DNA of 64,000 nucleotides from a bacterium (GTDB lineage: Bacteria; Patescibacteriota; Patescibacteriia; HK-STAS-PATE-3). Location of the stretch: positions 85,369-149,368 of the forward strand of contig JAZDMR010000011.1 of assembly GCA_043800725.1 (NCBI GenBank). Reading direction: 5' to 3'. The notes beneath the pieces were generated by a model that made no database searches, was not told where the DNA came from, and saw nothing but the letters and a program-made list of their open reading frames with translations. Made by a program: the position numbers and the translations under genes. The number at the start of each line of letters is the position of its first letter. The first letter of the stretch is position 1. This document shows positions 8,678-17,106 of the stretch, piece by piece.

Positions 8678-9054
8678 CCAATCAAGCTAGGTTGTCAACT
8701 GCCAGCCGCTGGAATTATTTTCCGGCGGCTGGAGACTTTTTCAAAAAAGCGAGAAATAAAATGTCTGAAGATAAAGAGAGAGCCAAACGTTCAGACCTTC
8801 TATTTCGGGATAATCCCGAATGCGGTGAAAAAATAGTTTTTTTCACTGTTCAGGCGATAGAATGTGCTGTTTCAGAGGGTCGGATACCTAAAAAGTATGG
8901 ACATGAATTAATACAGGTGCTTAGTCATCCTGATGAGGAAGCTGCGGTACTTGAATGGAACGGCTTAGCACAAGCTAGACGCAGCGAGCAATCTGCTATT
9001 CTGGTTCAGGAAGTAACCTTAAAAAAGCTTCTTGGCAGCCGTTGGTCACACTAG
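8638..9054 (+). CDS. hypothetical protein (possibly starting at the internal Met near 8761)
   Basis: ORF overlaps the end of the upstream gene; followed by a terminator. Confidence 0.3.
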   Translation: MDTRAFPLPTTSLANQARLSTASRWNYFPAAGDFFKKARNKMSEDKERAKRSDLLFRDNPECGEKIVFFTVQAIECAVSEGRIPKKYGHELIQVLSHPDEEAAVLEWNGLAQARRSEQSAILVQEVTLKKLLGSRWSH

Positions 9055-9066
9055 GAGTCAACCAAA

Positions 9067-9105
9067 GCGGCTTTTGTATATACAGAGGCCGCTTTTCACT
9101 TTTTA
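9067..9105 (+). terminator. rho-independent terminator (gcggc...gccgc + TTTT)
   Basis: Hairpin plus T-run immediately after the 8638..9054 ORF. Confidence 0.5.
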
Positions 9106-9110
9106 AAAAA

Positions 9111-9142
9111 CAGTTCGAGATTTCTCGAAATGTCGAAATGTT
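9111..9142. repeat. 31-bp direct repeat copy 1 (caNttYGAGATTTCTCGAAATGTCGAAATGTT); second copy at 9483-9514
   Basis: Near-identical 31-mers flank the ArsR-type gene on both sides; the repeat contains an internal TCGAAATG x2 direct repeat and partial dyad symmetry. Confidence 0.8.
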
Positions 9143-9213
9143 CCCTTTGACAGAACTTAAATCATTTTGTTAATATTGTTTTGTGGTGGCGATCTCAAGC
9201 CACCTTATTTGTT

Positions 9214-9480
9214 ATGAAGAAACTAGTCAATAATCTTAAAGCCTTAGGCAGCGATCGTCGTTTGTCGATTATTAAATATCTTAATAATAAACCACGAAAT
9301 CTTAGTGAAATTGCTATTTACCTCAAAGTCTGTATATCGACCGCTTCGTTTCATATTAGTAAATTAGTCAAAGAGGGATATGTAAATCCGGAAAGAAATG
9401 GTAAGTATACCTACTTTCTAGTTGATAAACAGTTAAAAAAATCGAAATTTATCAAGCACGTTATTAAAAGTTCAGATTAA
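9214..9480 (+). CDS. ArsR/SmtB-family winged-HTH transcriptional regulator
   Basis: ...RLSIIKYLNNKPRNLSEIAIYLKVCISTASFHISKLVKEGYV...; start moved to the ATG at 9214 (MKKLVNN). Confidence 0.6.
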   Translation: MKKLVNNLKALGSDRRLSIIKYLNNKPRNLSEIAIYLKVCISTASFHISKLVKEGYVNPERNGKYTYFLVDKQLKKSKFIKHVIKSSD

Positions 9481-9482
9481 AA

Positions 9483-9514
9483 CAATTTGAGATTTCTCGA
9501 AATGTCGAAATGTT
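9483..9514. repeat. 31-bp direct repeat copy 2 (see 9111-9142)
   Basis: Same 31-mer immediately after the ArsR-family stop codon. Confidence 0.8.
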
Positions 9515-9597
9515 TAATAAATTTAATTTTACAAATAAGCATTCATCAGCATACTCCCTTTTATTCATCATTATAGTTAGCTATACTAACTTAGCTT

Positions 9598-11241
9598 ATG
9601 CAGACAATCAGTGAACAACTTAGCAGACAGCTCAACCGAAACGCCCTAGCGCTCTGGCCGGATTTAAAAGATCGGTTGCCGGAAGTTCAGGTGACTAGGC
9701 CGACGGAAAAAAGGCATGGTGATTATGCTTCGAATTTAGCCATGCAGCTGGCTCCGATATTAAAAGAGTCGCCCATGGCGATTGCCCAGACCTTAGTTAA
9801 TAAGGGCTTTAATTTGGCAAGCTTGGAAGAAGCGCTGGTGGCCCAGCCCGGCTTTATAAATTTTACCCTTAAGCGCAGCTGGCTAGCCAAGCAGCCAAAA
9901 AAGATCTTGGCTGAAGGAAATAAGTTTGGCAGCAATGACTTGGGCAGGAATGAGCGCTTGCACCTTGAGTTTATCTCAGCCAATCCCACCGGGCCCCTGC
10001 ATCTGGGCAATGGCCGAGGAGGTTTTTTCGGCGATATCCTGGGTAATGTTTTTTCGTTTTCAGGCTATCGCGTTCACAGAGAATATTATGTTAATGATAT
10101 TGGCAAGCAGGTGGAAATATTGGCTGAATCAATTATCAGGAGATATTTCCAGTCCCAAAGCATACCCATGGAGTATCCTGAATACTGCTACCAGGGGGAA
10201 TATATTATTGAGCTGGCCAAGAAACTGAAATTAGACGGAGTGAGCCTGAATAATATTGATCGAGCCAAGTTGCGGATAAAAAAACAAGCTCTCCGGGTTA
10301 TGCTGGGCGAAATTAAAACCTTTATCCGCCAGGGTTTAAAAATTAAATTTGATAGGTTTTTTCTAGAATCCGAAGTCCATGAAAAAAAGATGGTAGATCG
10401 CGTTATCAAGCTTTTACAAGATAAAAAATTAATCTATGAAAAGGACGAGGCGCTCTGGATGAAGACCAGCCAGTTTGGAGATGATAAAGATCGAGTCTTG
10501 CGCAAGAAAGGCGGCGAACAAACTTATTTCTTGTCAGATATTGCTTATCTTTATGATAAATTTTCAGTCCGCCGGTTTCCCAGGGCGATAATCTTATTAG
10601 GCGCAGACCATCACGGTTATGTAGATCGGATGCAGGCAACCATGAAAGCGCTGGTCTGGGAGGGCAGACTGGAGATTAAAATATTCCAGCTGGTTAAATT
10701 GATAAAAGAGGGAAGAGAAGTGAGAATGTCCAAGCGCGGCGGCAATTTTGTTACCTTGGAAGAGGTGGTTAGCGATGTCAGCTTAGACGTAGCTCGTTTT
10801 TTCTTTTTAATGGTGGGTATGAATACTCATATGGAGTTTGATCTGGATCTGGCCAAAGAAAAATCAGATAAAAATCCTGTTTACTATGTCCAGTATGCCC
10901 ATGCCAGGATTTGCAGTGTGATAAGAAACGCTCAACCACTGGTTAAGAAAAAGAAAGTTGAGGCCAAACTGCCCCTGGAAGAGCGCAGCGCTGACGATCT
11001 TATAAAAAAATTGTTGGAATTTCCGGAGATTGTATGCGAGGTTTCAAGTAGTTTCCAAGTGCATGAATTACCCGGCTATTCAATTGAGCTGGCCACGGCG
11101 TTTCATAATTTTTACACCAAAGTGAGAGTAATTAATCAGAACAAGGTTCATTTGGCAGCCTATGAACTGCTAGAAGCTACCAGACTGGTCTTGGAACAAT
11201 CCTTAAAGCTAATGGGAGTTTCGGCTCCTGAAAAAATGTGA
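9598..11241 (+). CDS. argS: arginyl-tRNA synthetase
   Basis: 547 aa; class I HIGH-variant PTGPLHLGNGRG and KMSK-type MSKRGGNFV; ArgRS anticodon-binding C-terminus. Confidence 0.9.
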   Translation: MQTISEQLSRQLNRNALALWPDLKDRLPEVQVTRPTEKRHGDYASNLAMQLAPILKESPMAIAQTLVNKGFNLASLEEALVAQPGFINFTLKRSWLAKQPKKILAEGNKFGSNDLGRNERLHLEFISANPTGPLHLGNGRGGFFGDILGNVFSFSGYRVHREYYVNDIGKQVEILAESIIRRYFQSQSIPMEYPEYCYQGEYIIELAKKLKLDGVSLNNIDRAKLRIKKQALRVMLGEIKTFIRQGLKIKFDRFFLESEVHEKKMVDRVIKLLQDKKLIYEKDEALWMKTSQFGDDKDRVLRKKGGEQTYFLSDIAYLYDKFSVRRFPRAIILLGADHHGYVDRMQATMKALVWEGRLEIKIFQLVKLIKEGREVRMSKRGGNFVTLEEVVSDVSLDVARFFFLMVGMNTHMEFDLDLAKEKSDKNPVYYVQYAHARICSVIRNAQPLVKKKKVEAKLPLEERSADDLIKKLLEFPEIVCEVSSSFQVHELPGYSIELATAFHNFYTKVRVINQNKVHLAAYELLEATRLVLEQSLKLMGVSAPEKM

Positions 11242-11339
11242 AAATAATTACTAATTACGATTACTAATTAGTAAAAAAACAAAACCAGTCGAGATAGTTC
11301 TTAATTCGTAATTAATAATCAGTAACCAGTATTTAACTT

Positions 11340-12494
11340 ATGCGGATTGGAATTGACTGTCGGACAATTTTGAATCCTTCGTCAGGAGAGGGAGCGGGAG
11401 TGGGACACTACACTTATTATTTGGTTAATAATCTGCTTAAGGTTGACCAGAAAAACGACTACGTACTTTTTTTCGACTCGGCCATGAAAGATACCAGCCT
11501 ATATCACCGGGAAAATTCTTACCCTCGTTATTTTCCATTTTCCCAGTATCGCCGCTTTTTGCCGTTTACTTATTCGCATATCCTTATTTCCGGCGCGATA
11601 AATAAAGAGAATTTGGATTTATATCATGCACCGGCCAACACCATCCCCTTAGGCTATAACAGGCCGTCAGTAGTCACGGTCCACGATCTGGCTATTTATC
11701 AGAATCCCAGCTGGTTTCCGTCCCAGGTTTTTTCCACGCGCTTGCTGGTGCCCAAGACGCTGCGGCGGGCGCGTTCGATAATCGCCGTATCAGAAAGCAC
11801 GGCTGAAGATTTACGGGAACTTTTCAATGTTCCGAATGACAAGCTGGAAGTTATTTATGAAGGAGTGGATATTATTCCGAACGAGAACGAAGAAGTTATT
11901 GACGTTAAGAAAAAATATAATTTACCGGACAAGTACTTATGCTTCGTAGGTACGCTGGAGCCGCGCAAGAATTTGATTCGTTTAATTCAAGCCTACGCAG
12001 ACTTGAAGGCCAAAGATGATCGCTTGTCCGACATACCGATTATCCTGGCCGGAAGAAAAGGCTGGCAAGCGGAAGATATTTTCAAAACAATTGCAGAACT
12101 GAAGCTTGGTAAAAGCATTAGAGACATCGGCTATGTAACCAAAAATGAAAAACTAGATCTGATAAAGCAAGCCGCGGCTTTTGTCTTCCCATCTTCCTAT
12201 GAAGGCTTTGGCTTACCTGTACTCGAAGCCATGGCCCTGGGCACTCCGGTGTTGACCAGCAACTTGTCCTCTTTACCGGAAATTGCCGGCAACGCCGCTT
12301 ATCAGATTAATCCGGAAGATACTTATGCCATTGCCGAGGGCCTGCAGCAGATTTTGTTTAATGACGAGCTAAGAAAAAAGCTGAGAGAAAAAGGCCCCAT
12401 CCAAGCCAAGAAGTTTACCTGGGAAAAAGTGGCCCTGAGAACCATAGCGCTGTATGAAAAGGCTGGCCAGCGCATAAAGAGTTACTCGATATAA
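11340..12494 (+). CDS. glycosyltransferase family 4 (GT4)
   Basis: ...EGFGLPVLEAMALGTPVLTSN...; typical GT-B/GT4 E-x7-E region. Confidence 0.8.
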   Translation: MRIGIDCRTILNPSSGEGAGVGHYTYYLVNNLLKVDQKNDYVLFFDSAMKDTSLYHRENSYPRYFPFSQYRRFLPFTYSHILISGAINKENLDLYHAPANTIPLGYNRPSVVTVHDLAIYQNPSWFPSQVFSTRLLVPKTLRRARSIIAVSESTAEDLRELFNVPNDKLEVIYEGVDIIPNENEEVIDVKKKYNLPDKYLCFVGTLEPRKNLIRLIQAYADLKAKDDRLSDIPIILAGRKGWQAEDIFKTIAELKLGKSIRDIGYVTKNEKLDLIKQAAAFVFPSSYEGFGLPVLEAMALGTPVLTSNLSSLPEIAGNAAYQINPEDTYAIAEGLQQILFNDELRKKLREKGPIQAKKFTWEKVALRTIALYEKAGQRIKSYSI

Positions 12495-12719
12495 GATATA
12501 AACAGCAATTAGTTTTCAACCGAAGTGGAGAAACCTAATTGTGGTTTCAAATACCAATCCGCACCGTCATCCTGAACTTGATTCAGGATCTCCAATTGGC
12601 ATTTGTGCAAAATGGAGATCCTTCGCGTTGCTCAGGAATACGTGTAACGGCGCGGATGCTATTACTGGAACAATCAGCTATCCCGTGGTAAGTTGTAGTT
12701 TGTAATCTTATTCATATTA

Positions 12720-15644
12720 TTGTCTACTGTGTCGAATTTACCCCAACTAGAAGAGCAAGTTCTTAAGCGCTGGAAGCAGGATAAAATATTCCAAAAAACC
12801 CTGGAAAAGACCAAGAAAGGTAAGCGTTTTGTGTTTTTTGAAGGGCCGCCGACCGCTAATGGTCAGCCTGGCATTCACCATGTCTTGGCCCGGGCCTTTA
12901 AAGATGTTATTCCGCGCTTCAAAACCATGCAGGGCTATTTTGTGGAGCGCAAAGCCGGCTGGGACACTCAAGGTTTGCCGGTTGAGTTAGCCGTGGAAAA
13001 GCAGATCGGCGTGTCCGGCAAGCAAGACATTGAAAAGTACGGCGTGGCCAAGTTTAATGAGGCCAGCAAAAAAAGCGTTTGGCAGTACAAAGAAGACTGG
13101 GAAAAATTAACAGAACGAATCGGGTTTTGGCTGGACATGGATAATCCTTACATTACTTATGAAAATGATTACATAGAATCGCTCTGGTGGATTTTCAAGC
13201 AAGCCTGGGATAAAAAATTACTGATCCAGGGACACAAAGTAGTGCCTCATTGCCCGCGCTGTGAAACAGCCTTGTCCTCCCATGAAGTTGCCCAGGGTTA
13301 TGAAAAAGTTAATGAGAATTCTGTTTATGTGAAATTTGAGTTAGTTGACGAACCAAATACGTTCGTATTGTCATGGACAACAACACCTTGGACTTTGCCA
13401 GGCAATCTTGCCTTGGCAGTGGGAAGTCACATCAAATATGTCAAAACGCCGAAAAATAATAAAGGTGAACAATATATTATAGCAATGGATCTTGCGAATC
13501 AAGTGTTAAAAGATGAAGAAAAACTTTCGGGTTTTAAAAGTAGAGGTGGGGATCCTATACAAATAATTAGTAGTGACCATCTAGTAGGTAAAAAATACAA
13601 ACCTTTATTTGAAATTGAAGAATTTAAAGATAACGACGCTGTTTATCAAATTTATAAGGCTGACTTTGTAACCACAGACGAAGGAACCGGCGTGGTTCAC
13701 ACAGCGGTCATGTACGGCGAGGATGACTATAACTTGGGCACCAAGGTTGGCCTGCCCAAGCATCACACAGTCGACGAAGCTGGCAAGTTCACGGATGACG
13801 TACCAGGCTTGGCCGGCCAGTTCGTGAAAAGTAAAAAGACTGAAGCTGGTATTGTTGAATTTCTTAAAGAAAAAGGTCTCATATATAAGGAACAAATGAA
13901 CGAGCATGACTATCCTTTTTGCTGGCGCTGTCATACTCCGCTATTGTACTATGCCAAAAATTCGTGGTTCTTGAAGATGTCGGCTTTGCGCGAGCAGTTG
14001 ATCAAGAATAATGAGCAGATCAACTGGGTGCCTGACTATATCAAGGATGGTCGGTTTGGCGAATGGCTAAGCGAGGTCAAAGATTGGGCCATATCCCGCG
14101 AACGCTACTGGGGCACGCCCATTCCTGTTTGGGAATGCGACAAATGCGACCAGAAGACCTGCATAGGTTCGTTTGAGGAATTAGCCAAGCAAACTGGCAA
14201 GAAGCTGCCTAAAGACTTTGATCCGCACAAACCGTTCATTGATGACTACACGATTACCTGCGACCAGTGCGGCGGCCTGATGAAGCGCATACCCGAGGTA
14301 GCAGACACTTGGTTTGATTCCGGCTCCATGCCTTTTGCGCAGTGGCATTATCCATTTGAGAACAAGGAGCGCATAGATAAGGGAGTTAGCTTTCCGGCTG
14401 ATTATATTGCCGAGGCCATTGATCAGACCCGAGGCTGGTTTTACACGCTTTTAGCAGTTTCCACAATTCTGGGCCATAAAGAACCGCCTTATAAAAACGT
14501 GATTTGCCTGGCGCATATCCTGGATACCAAAGGTAAAAAGATGAGTAAGCATATTGGCAATGTGGTCAACCCTTGGGAAGTTATTAACGAGTATGGCGCG
14601 GATGCTTTACGCTTTCAATTCTTTAGCATGAACCAGCCGGGCGATATTAAATTATTCGACAAAAAAGGCACCAGCGAGGTCGTAAAAAAAGTTTTCTTAA
14701 TGCTGTCCAACATTGTGTCTTTTTATAACCTACATGAAGGCAAGACGAACAAAGATCCCAAGAAGTCAGACAACATTCTCGATTTATGGGTGTTAATTAA
14801 AACTGAACTATTAACTCAGCGCGTTACCAAGCACTTGGAAGAATACAACATCACCAGTGCCAGCCGGCAGATCGCTGACTTTATCACAGAATTATCAACC
14901 TGGTATGTTCGCCGCAGCCGCGCTCGTTTCCGTAACCCAGGCGAAGATCAGGAATATGCTCAAGCCACTTTGCAGTATGTTTTACAGCGCGTAACTGTTT
15001 TACTAGCACCCTTTACGCCCATGCTGGCAGATTCGTTTTATCAGCAAACCGGTGGCCAGTTAGACAGCGTGCACTTGGAAGACTGGCCAGAAGCCAAGAT
15101 CAGCCAGGAAGCAGAATCAGTGACCGAAAATATGGACCAGGCACGCGCCATTGTTGAGCTGTCTCATGCCATCAGAGCCGAGGCCGGCATAAAAGTTCGC
15201 CAACCCTTAGGCCAGCTGGCAGTCAAGGGCAAGGCCATTAATAAAGTCTACTTAACGTTAGTTCAAGATGAGCTAAATGTCCACGAAGTAGTCTTTGCCC
15301 AAAAGTTACCGGATGAAAAAGAATGGCAGACCAAAGCTGACAAAGGTTATGAAATAGCCTTAGACACCACTATCACAGATGAACTGCGAGAGGCTGGCTG
15401 GGTTCGGGAATTAGTTCGTACTATTAATGACGAGCGTAAAAAGCTGGGCCTTCAGCGATCTGATCATGTTAATCTACAATACCAGTCAGATGACAAAGAA
15501 ATGCAGGGCTTATTCGATCGCTATGCTAAAGAGTTAAAAACAGCTGTAATTGCTGACGATATTGCCAAGGTTGATAAGCTGGAGCAGGGTAAAGAGGTAA
15601 AACTTGATAAGCATATAGTCCGTTTACAGGTAGTTATTAAATAA
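12720..15644 (+). CDS. ileS: isoleucyl-tRNA synthetase (TTG start)
   Basis: 974 aa; PPTANGQPGIHHVLAR (HIGH), KMSKHIGN (KMSKS), CP1 editing domain; no recognisable T-box leader upstream. Confidence 0.9.
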   Translation: MSTVSNLPQLEEQVLKRWKQDKIFQKTLEKTKKGKRFVFFEGPPTANGQPGIHHVLARAFKDVIPRFKTMQGYFVERKAGWDTQGLPVELAVEKQIGVSGKQDIEKYGVAKFNEASKKSVWQYKEDWEKLTERIGFWLDMDNPYITYENDYIESLWWIFKQAWDKKLLIQGHKVVPHCPRCETALSSHEVAQGYEKVNENSVYVKFELVDEPNTFVLSWTTTPWTLPGNLALAVGSHIKYVKTPKNNKGEQYIIAMDLANQVLKDEEKLSGFKSRGGDPIQIISSDHLVGKKYKPLFEIEEFKDNDAVYQIYKADFVTTDEGTGVVHTAVMYGEDDYNLGTKVGLPKHHTVDEAGKFTDDVPGLAGQFVKSKKTEAGIVEFLKEKGLIYKEQMNEHDYPFCWRCHTPLLYYAKNSWFLKMSALREQLIKNNEQINWVPDYIKDGRFGEWLSEVKDWAISRERYWGTPIPVWECDKCDQKTCIGSFEELAKQTGKKLPKDFDPHKPFIDDYTITCDQCGGLMKRIPEVADTWFDSGSMPFAQWHYPFENKERIDKGVSFPADYIAEAIDQTRGWFYTLLAVSTILGHKEPPYKNVICLAHILDTKGKKMSKHIGNVVNPWEVINEYGADALRFQFFSMNQPGDIKLFDKKGTSEVVKKVFLMLSNIVSFYNLHEGKTNKDPKKSDNILDLWVLIKTELLTQRVTKHLEEYNITSASRQIADFITELSTWYVRRSRARFRNPGEDQEYAQATLQYVLQRVTVLLAPFTPMLADSFYQQTGGQLDSVHLEDWPEAKISQEAESVTENMDQARAIVELSHAIRAEAGIKVRQPLGQLAVKGKAINKVYLTLVQDELNVHEVVFAQKLPDEKEWQTKADKGYEIALDTTITDELREAGWVRELVRTINDERKKLGLQRSDHVNLQYQSDDKEMQGLFDRYAKELKTAVIADDIAKVDKLEQGKEVKLDKHIVRLQVVIK

Positions 15645-15645
15645 C

Positions 15646-15939
15646 ATGTCAATTAAATTAAATCCAATTCGTGTAATAAAGAATGATGATAGGGGGATAA
15701 TTTATGATTGCGGAGAATCGAAGTTTATTGCCCGAGAGAAAGATACGATTTCTGCTGATCATAGTCATCCAGATCCAGAAGTATGCTATTTAGTGAAAGG
15801 TGAAATTGAGCTTACAATTGGTGATGAAACCCAGGTTGTCAAAGCCCCAGTCAGGTTTGAATCAGGTCCTAATGAATATCATAAGTTAGTTGCTCTGACT
15901 GATATTGAGTTGGTGATTGAACGTAAGGGAGAAGTATAG
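15646..15939 (+). CDS. small cupin-fold protein, putative
   Basis: 97 aa; ...ADHSHPDPEVCYLVKGEIELTIGDET... resembles a cupin_2 metal-site/beta-barrel motif. Confidence 0.4.
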   Translation: MSIKLNPIRVIKNDDRGIIYDCGESKFIAREKDTISADHSHPDPEVCYLVKGEIELTIGDETQVVKAPVRFESGPNEYHKLVALTDIELVIERKGEV

Positions 15940-15983
15940 TGAAGTTAGGGGATCATGTGGTAAGATTGGCCATAAAGAAATAA

Positions 15984-16072
15984 GCACATTCACAGCAAAA
16001 TAAGCTTGGGGGATGTTTATATGTTCACAGTTCAGACTATTTGACGTATAGTTTTTCACCTGAACAAGGAGG
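15984..16072 (+). repeat. ~89-bp leader repeat R1 copy A (second copy at 19855-19941), upstream of paralog A
   Basis: gcacattcacagcaaaataagcttgggggatg...cagactatttgacgta.agtttttcacctgaacaaggagg is shared by both copies; contains a possible promoter and the RBS. Confidence 0.8.
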
Positions 16073-16587
16073 CAAGAAATGGAATGTTTCACCTACCCGA
16101 TAGTAGGCGGAGACACTGATCCAGAGAAATGGACAAAGGCATTGGTGTCGCCAATAGTCCTTGGTAAGGGTCATCCGCCAATGGTTTTACAGACATTGGT
16201 TTCACTCACAGTGCTTGGGCAAAGGATATTTCCAGGATCATATCCCTTGGTTCCCGTACCGAAAACTGATCCGCCAAATGCTGAAGACGCCACCCATCAC
16301 GAGATCGAGATTGAAGTCGGCGAACTTATGCGCGTCAGTGGTCCGAGTGAAGAAGCGCCTAAAATCGCACTGGGGCTCCGATTTAGAGGGGTGGTCAGTA
16401 CCGAAGCAGCCACAAAGCTCCTACCCCCAGATGCCCCAAAGATTGGGGGTCCGTATGTCTGTGTTTGGGGCGTATTCACTTTTGGAGGAGAGGGCACGCA
16501 AATCATTCACTTCGAAACATAATTAGGAGGGGACGAACGCGAACACCGGGGAAGACAAATCTTCCCCATCCCCCAAGCTTATTTTGC
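15995..16587. repeat. cassette A bounded by perfect 20-bp inverted repeats (gcaaaataagcttgggggat at 15995-16014; atcccccaagcttattttgc at 16568-16587)
   Basis: The IRs enclose the leader, the 147-aa paralog gene and a ggggaagac..tcttcccc hairpin (16548-16567). Confidence 0.8.
16079..16522 (+). CDS. hypothetical protein, paralog A (147 aa) of 19948..20412
   Basis: Motifs shared with paralog B: IGG, KAL.SP.V, SLTV, H.I.I.V.EL, GPSE, LRF.G, VCVWGV.T.G; own RBS aaggagg. Confidence 0.5.
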   Translation: MECFTYPIVGGDTDPEKWTKALVSPIVLGKGHPPMVLQTLVSLTVLGQRIFPGSYPLVPVPKTDPPNAEDATHHEIEIEVGELMRVSGPSEEAPKIALGLRFRGVVSTEAATKLLPPDAPKIGGPYVCVWGVFTFGGEGTQIIHFET

Positions 16588-16607
16588 ATTAATGCTATTA
16601 TCAGCAC

Positions 16608-16673
16608 ATGTCCCAAACAGCTGAAACACAAGCCATCATCTTAGGGCGCCGGTCCATGAAAGAGTATGATCGG
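16608..16673 (+). pseudogene. duplicated recO 5' end (ATG + first ~22 codons), fused in frame to unrelated sequence (track ORF 16608..16859)
   Basis: 64-66 nt are ~85% identical to recO 21642-21707 (MSQTAETQAIILGRRSMKEYDR vs MSLTTETQAIILERRSMKEYDR), then diverge exactly where the R4 repeat begins. Confidence 0.6.
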
Positions 16674-16736
16674 ACAACAGCGTATATATGCTATCCAGAC
16701 CTCACGTCGGGACGGCGCACGATACGCCGAAACGTT
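16674..16736. repeat. ~61-63 bp direct repeat R4 copy 1 (second copy at 19316-19376)
   Basis: acaacagcgtatata..ctatcc.gac.tcacgtcgggacggcgcacgatacgc(cg)aaacgtt; the two copies bracket the precursor-rSAM-methyltransferase module. Confidence 0.8.
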
Positions 16737-16912
16737 GAGCTTGACAAAATGGAGGGAGTAGTAATACGATTAAAAATTAGATCTTTTACAAAAAACTACA
16801 AGTCCTATTTATTTTGTTGCTCTTTTGGGTCAATAAAGTTAAATGAAAATTCATCATGAATTTTCAACCCAGGCGGTAATAAAAGATTATAGGCAAGAAA
16901 GGAGAAAAACCC

Positions 16913-17032
16913 ATGAAGAACTCCAAGGTCGTGCAGCAAACCCCTAAGGTTTCGCTGAAAGCAACCAAGGTCAATGTCCGGAAGACCGGCATGAACTCTG
17001 GCATCACGGGCGGCGGCTACCAATGTTGCTGA
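16913..17032 (+). CDS. candidate RiPP precursor peptide, 39 aa: MKNSKVVQQTPKVSLKATKVNVRKTGMNSGITGGGYQCC (absent from the ORF track because it is shorter than 60 aa)
   Basis: AGGAG RBS 8 nt upstream of the ATG; Lys-rich leader-like N-part and Gly-rich C-terminus ending in Cys-Cys; stop 15 nt before a stable hairpin and 75 nt before the rSAM/SPASM gene. Confidence 0.55.
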   Translation: MKNSKVVQQTPKVSLKATKVNVRKTGMNSGITGGGYQCC

Positions 17033-17046
17033 ACCGATGAACCGAC

Positions 17047-17080
17047 GTGGCATATAACGGCTCCGGTCGCTATATGCCAC
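17047..17080 (+). promoter_or_regulatory. perfect 10-bp-stem hairpin (gtggcatata...tatatgccac) between precursor and maturase genes; putative attenuator / processing site
   Basis: Inverted repeat seen directly. It also creates the artefactual GTG start of track ORF 17047 and the antisense ORF ending at 17080. Confidence 0.5.
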
Positions 17081-17106
17081 GCCATTTTTCTTTACAGGAG
17101 GAAGTC

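Noticed and set aside
12500-12719. Possible T-box riboswitch upstream of ileS
   Set aside because: I looked for the T-box consensus (AATTAGGGTGGNACCGCG) and a specifier-loop architecture and found neither.
16548-16567. Hairpins ggggaagac..tcttcccc after each paralog gene as intrinsic terminators
   Set aside because: No U-tract follows either hairpin. They are treated as structural parts of the IR-bounded cassette rather than confirmed terminators.
16805-17080. Antisense 91-aa ORF and the GTG-initiated N-terminal extension of the rSAM ORF (17047)
   Set aside because: Both begin inside the perfect palindrome gtggcatata...tatatgccac, which reads MAY..RYMPR in either direction. The rSAM gene has a proper AGGAGG-ATG start at 17107. 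The antisense ORF overlaps the precursor peptide.
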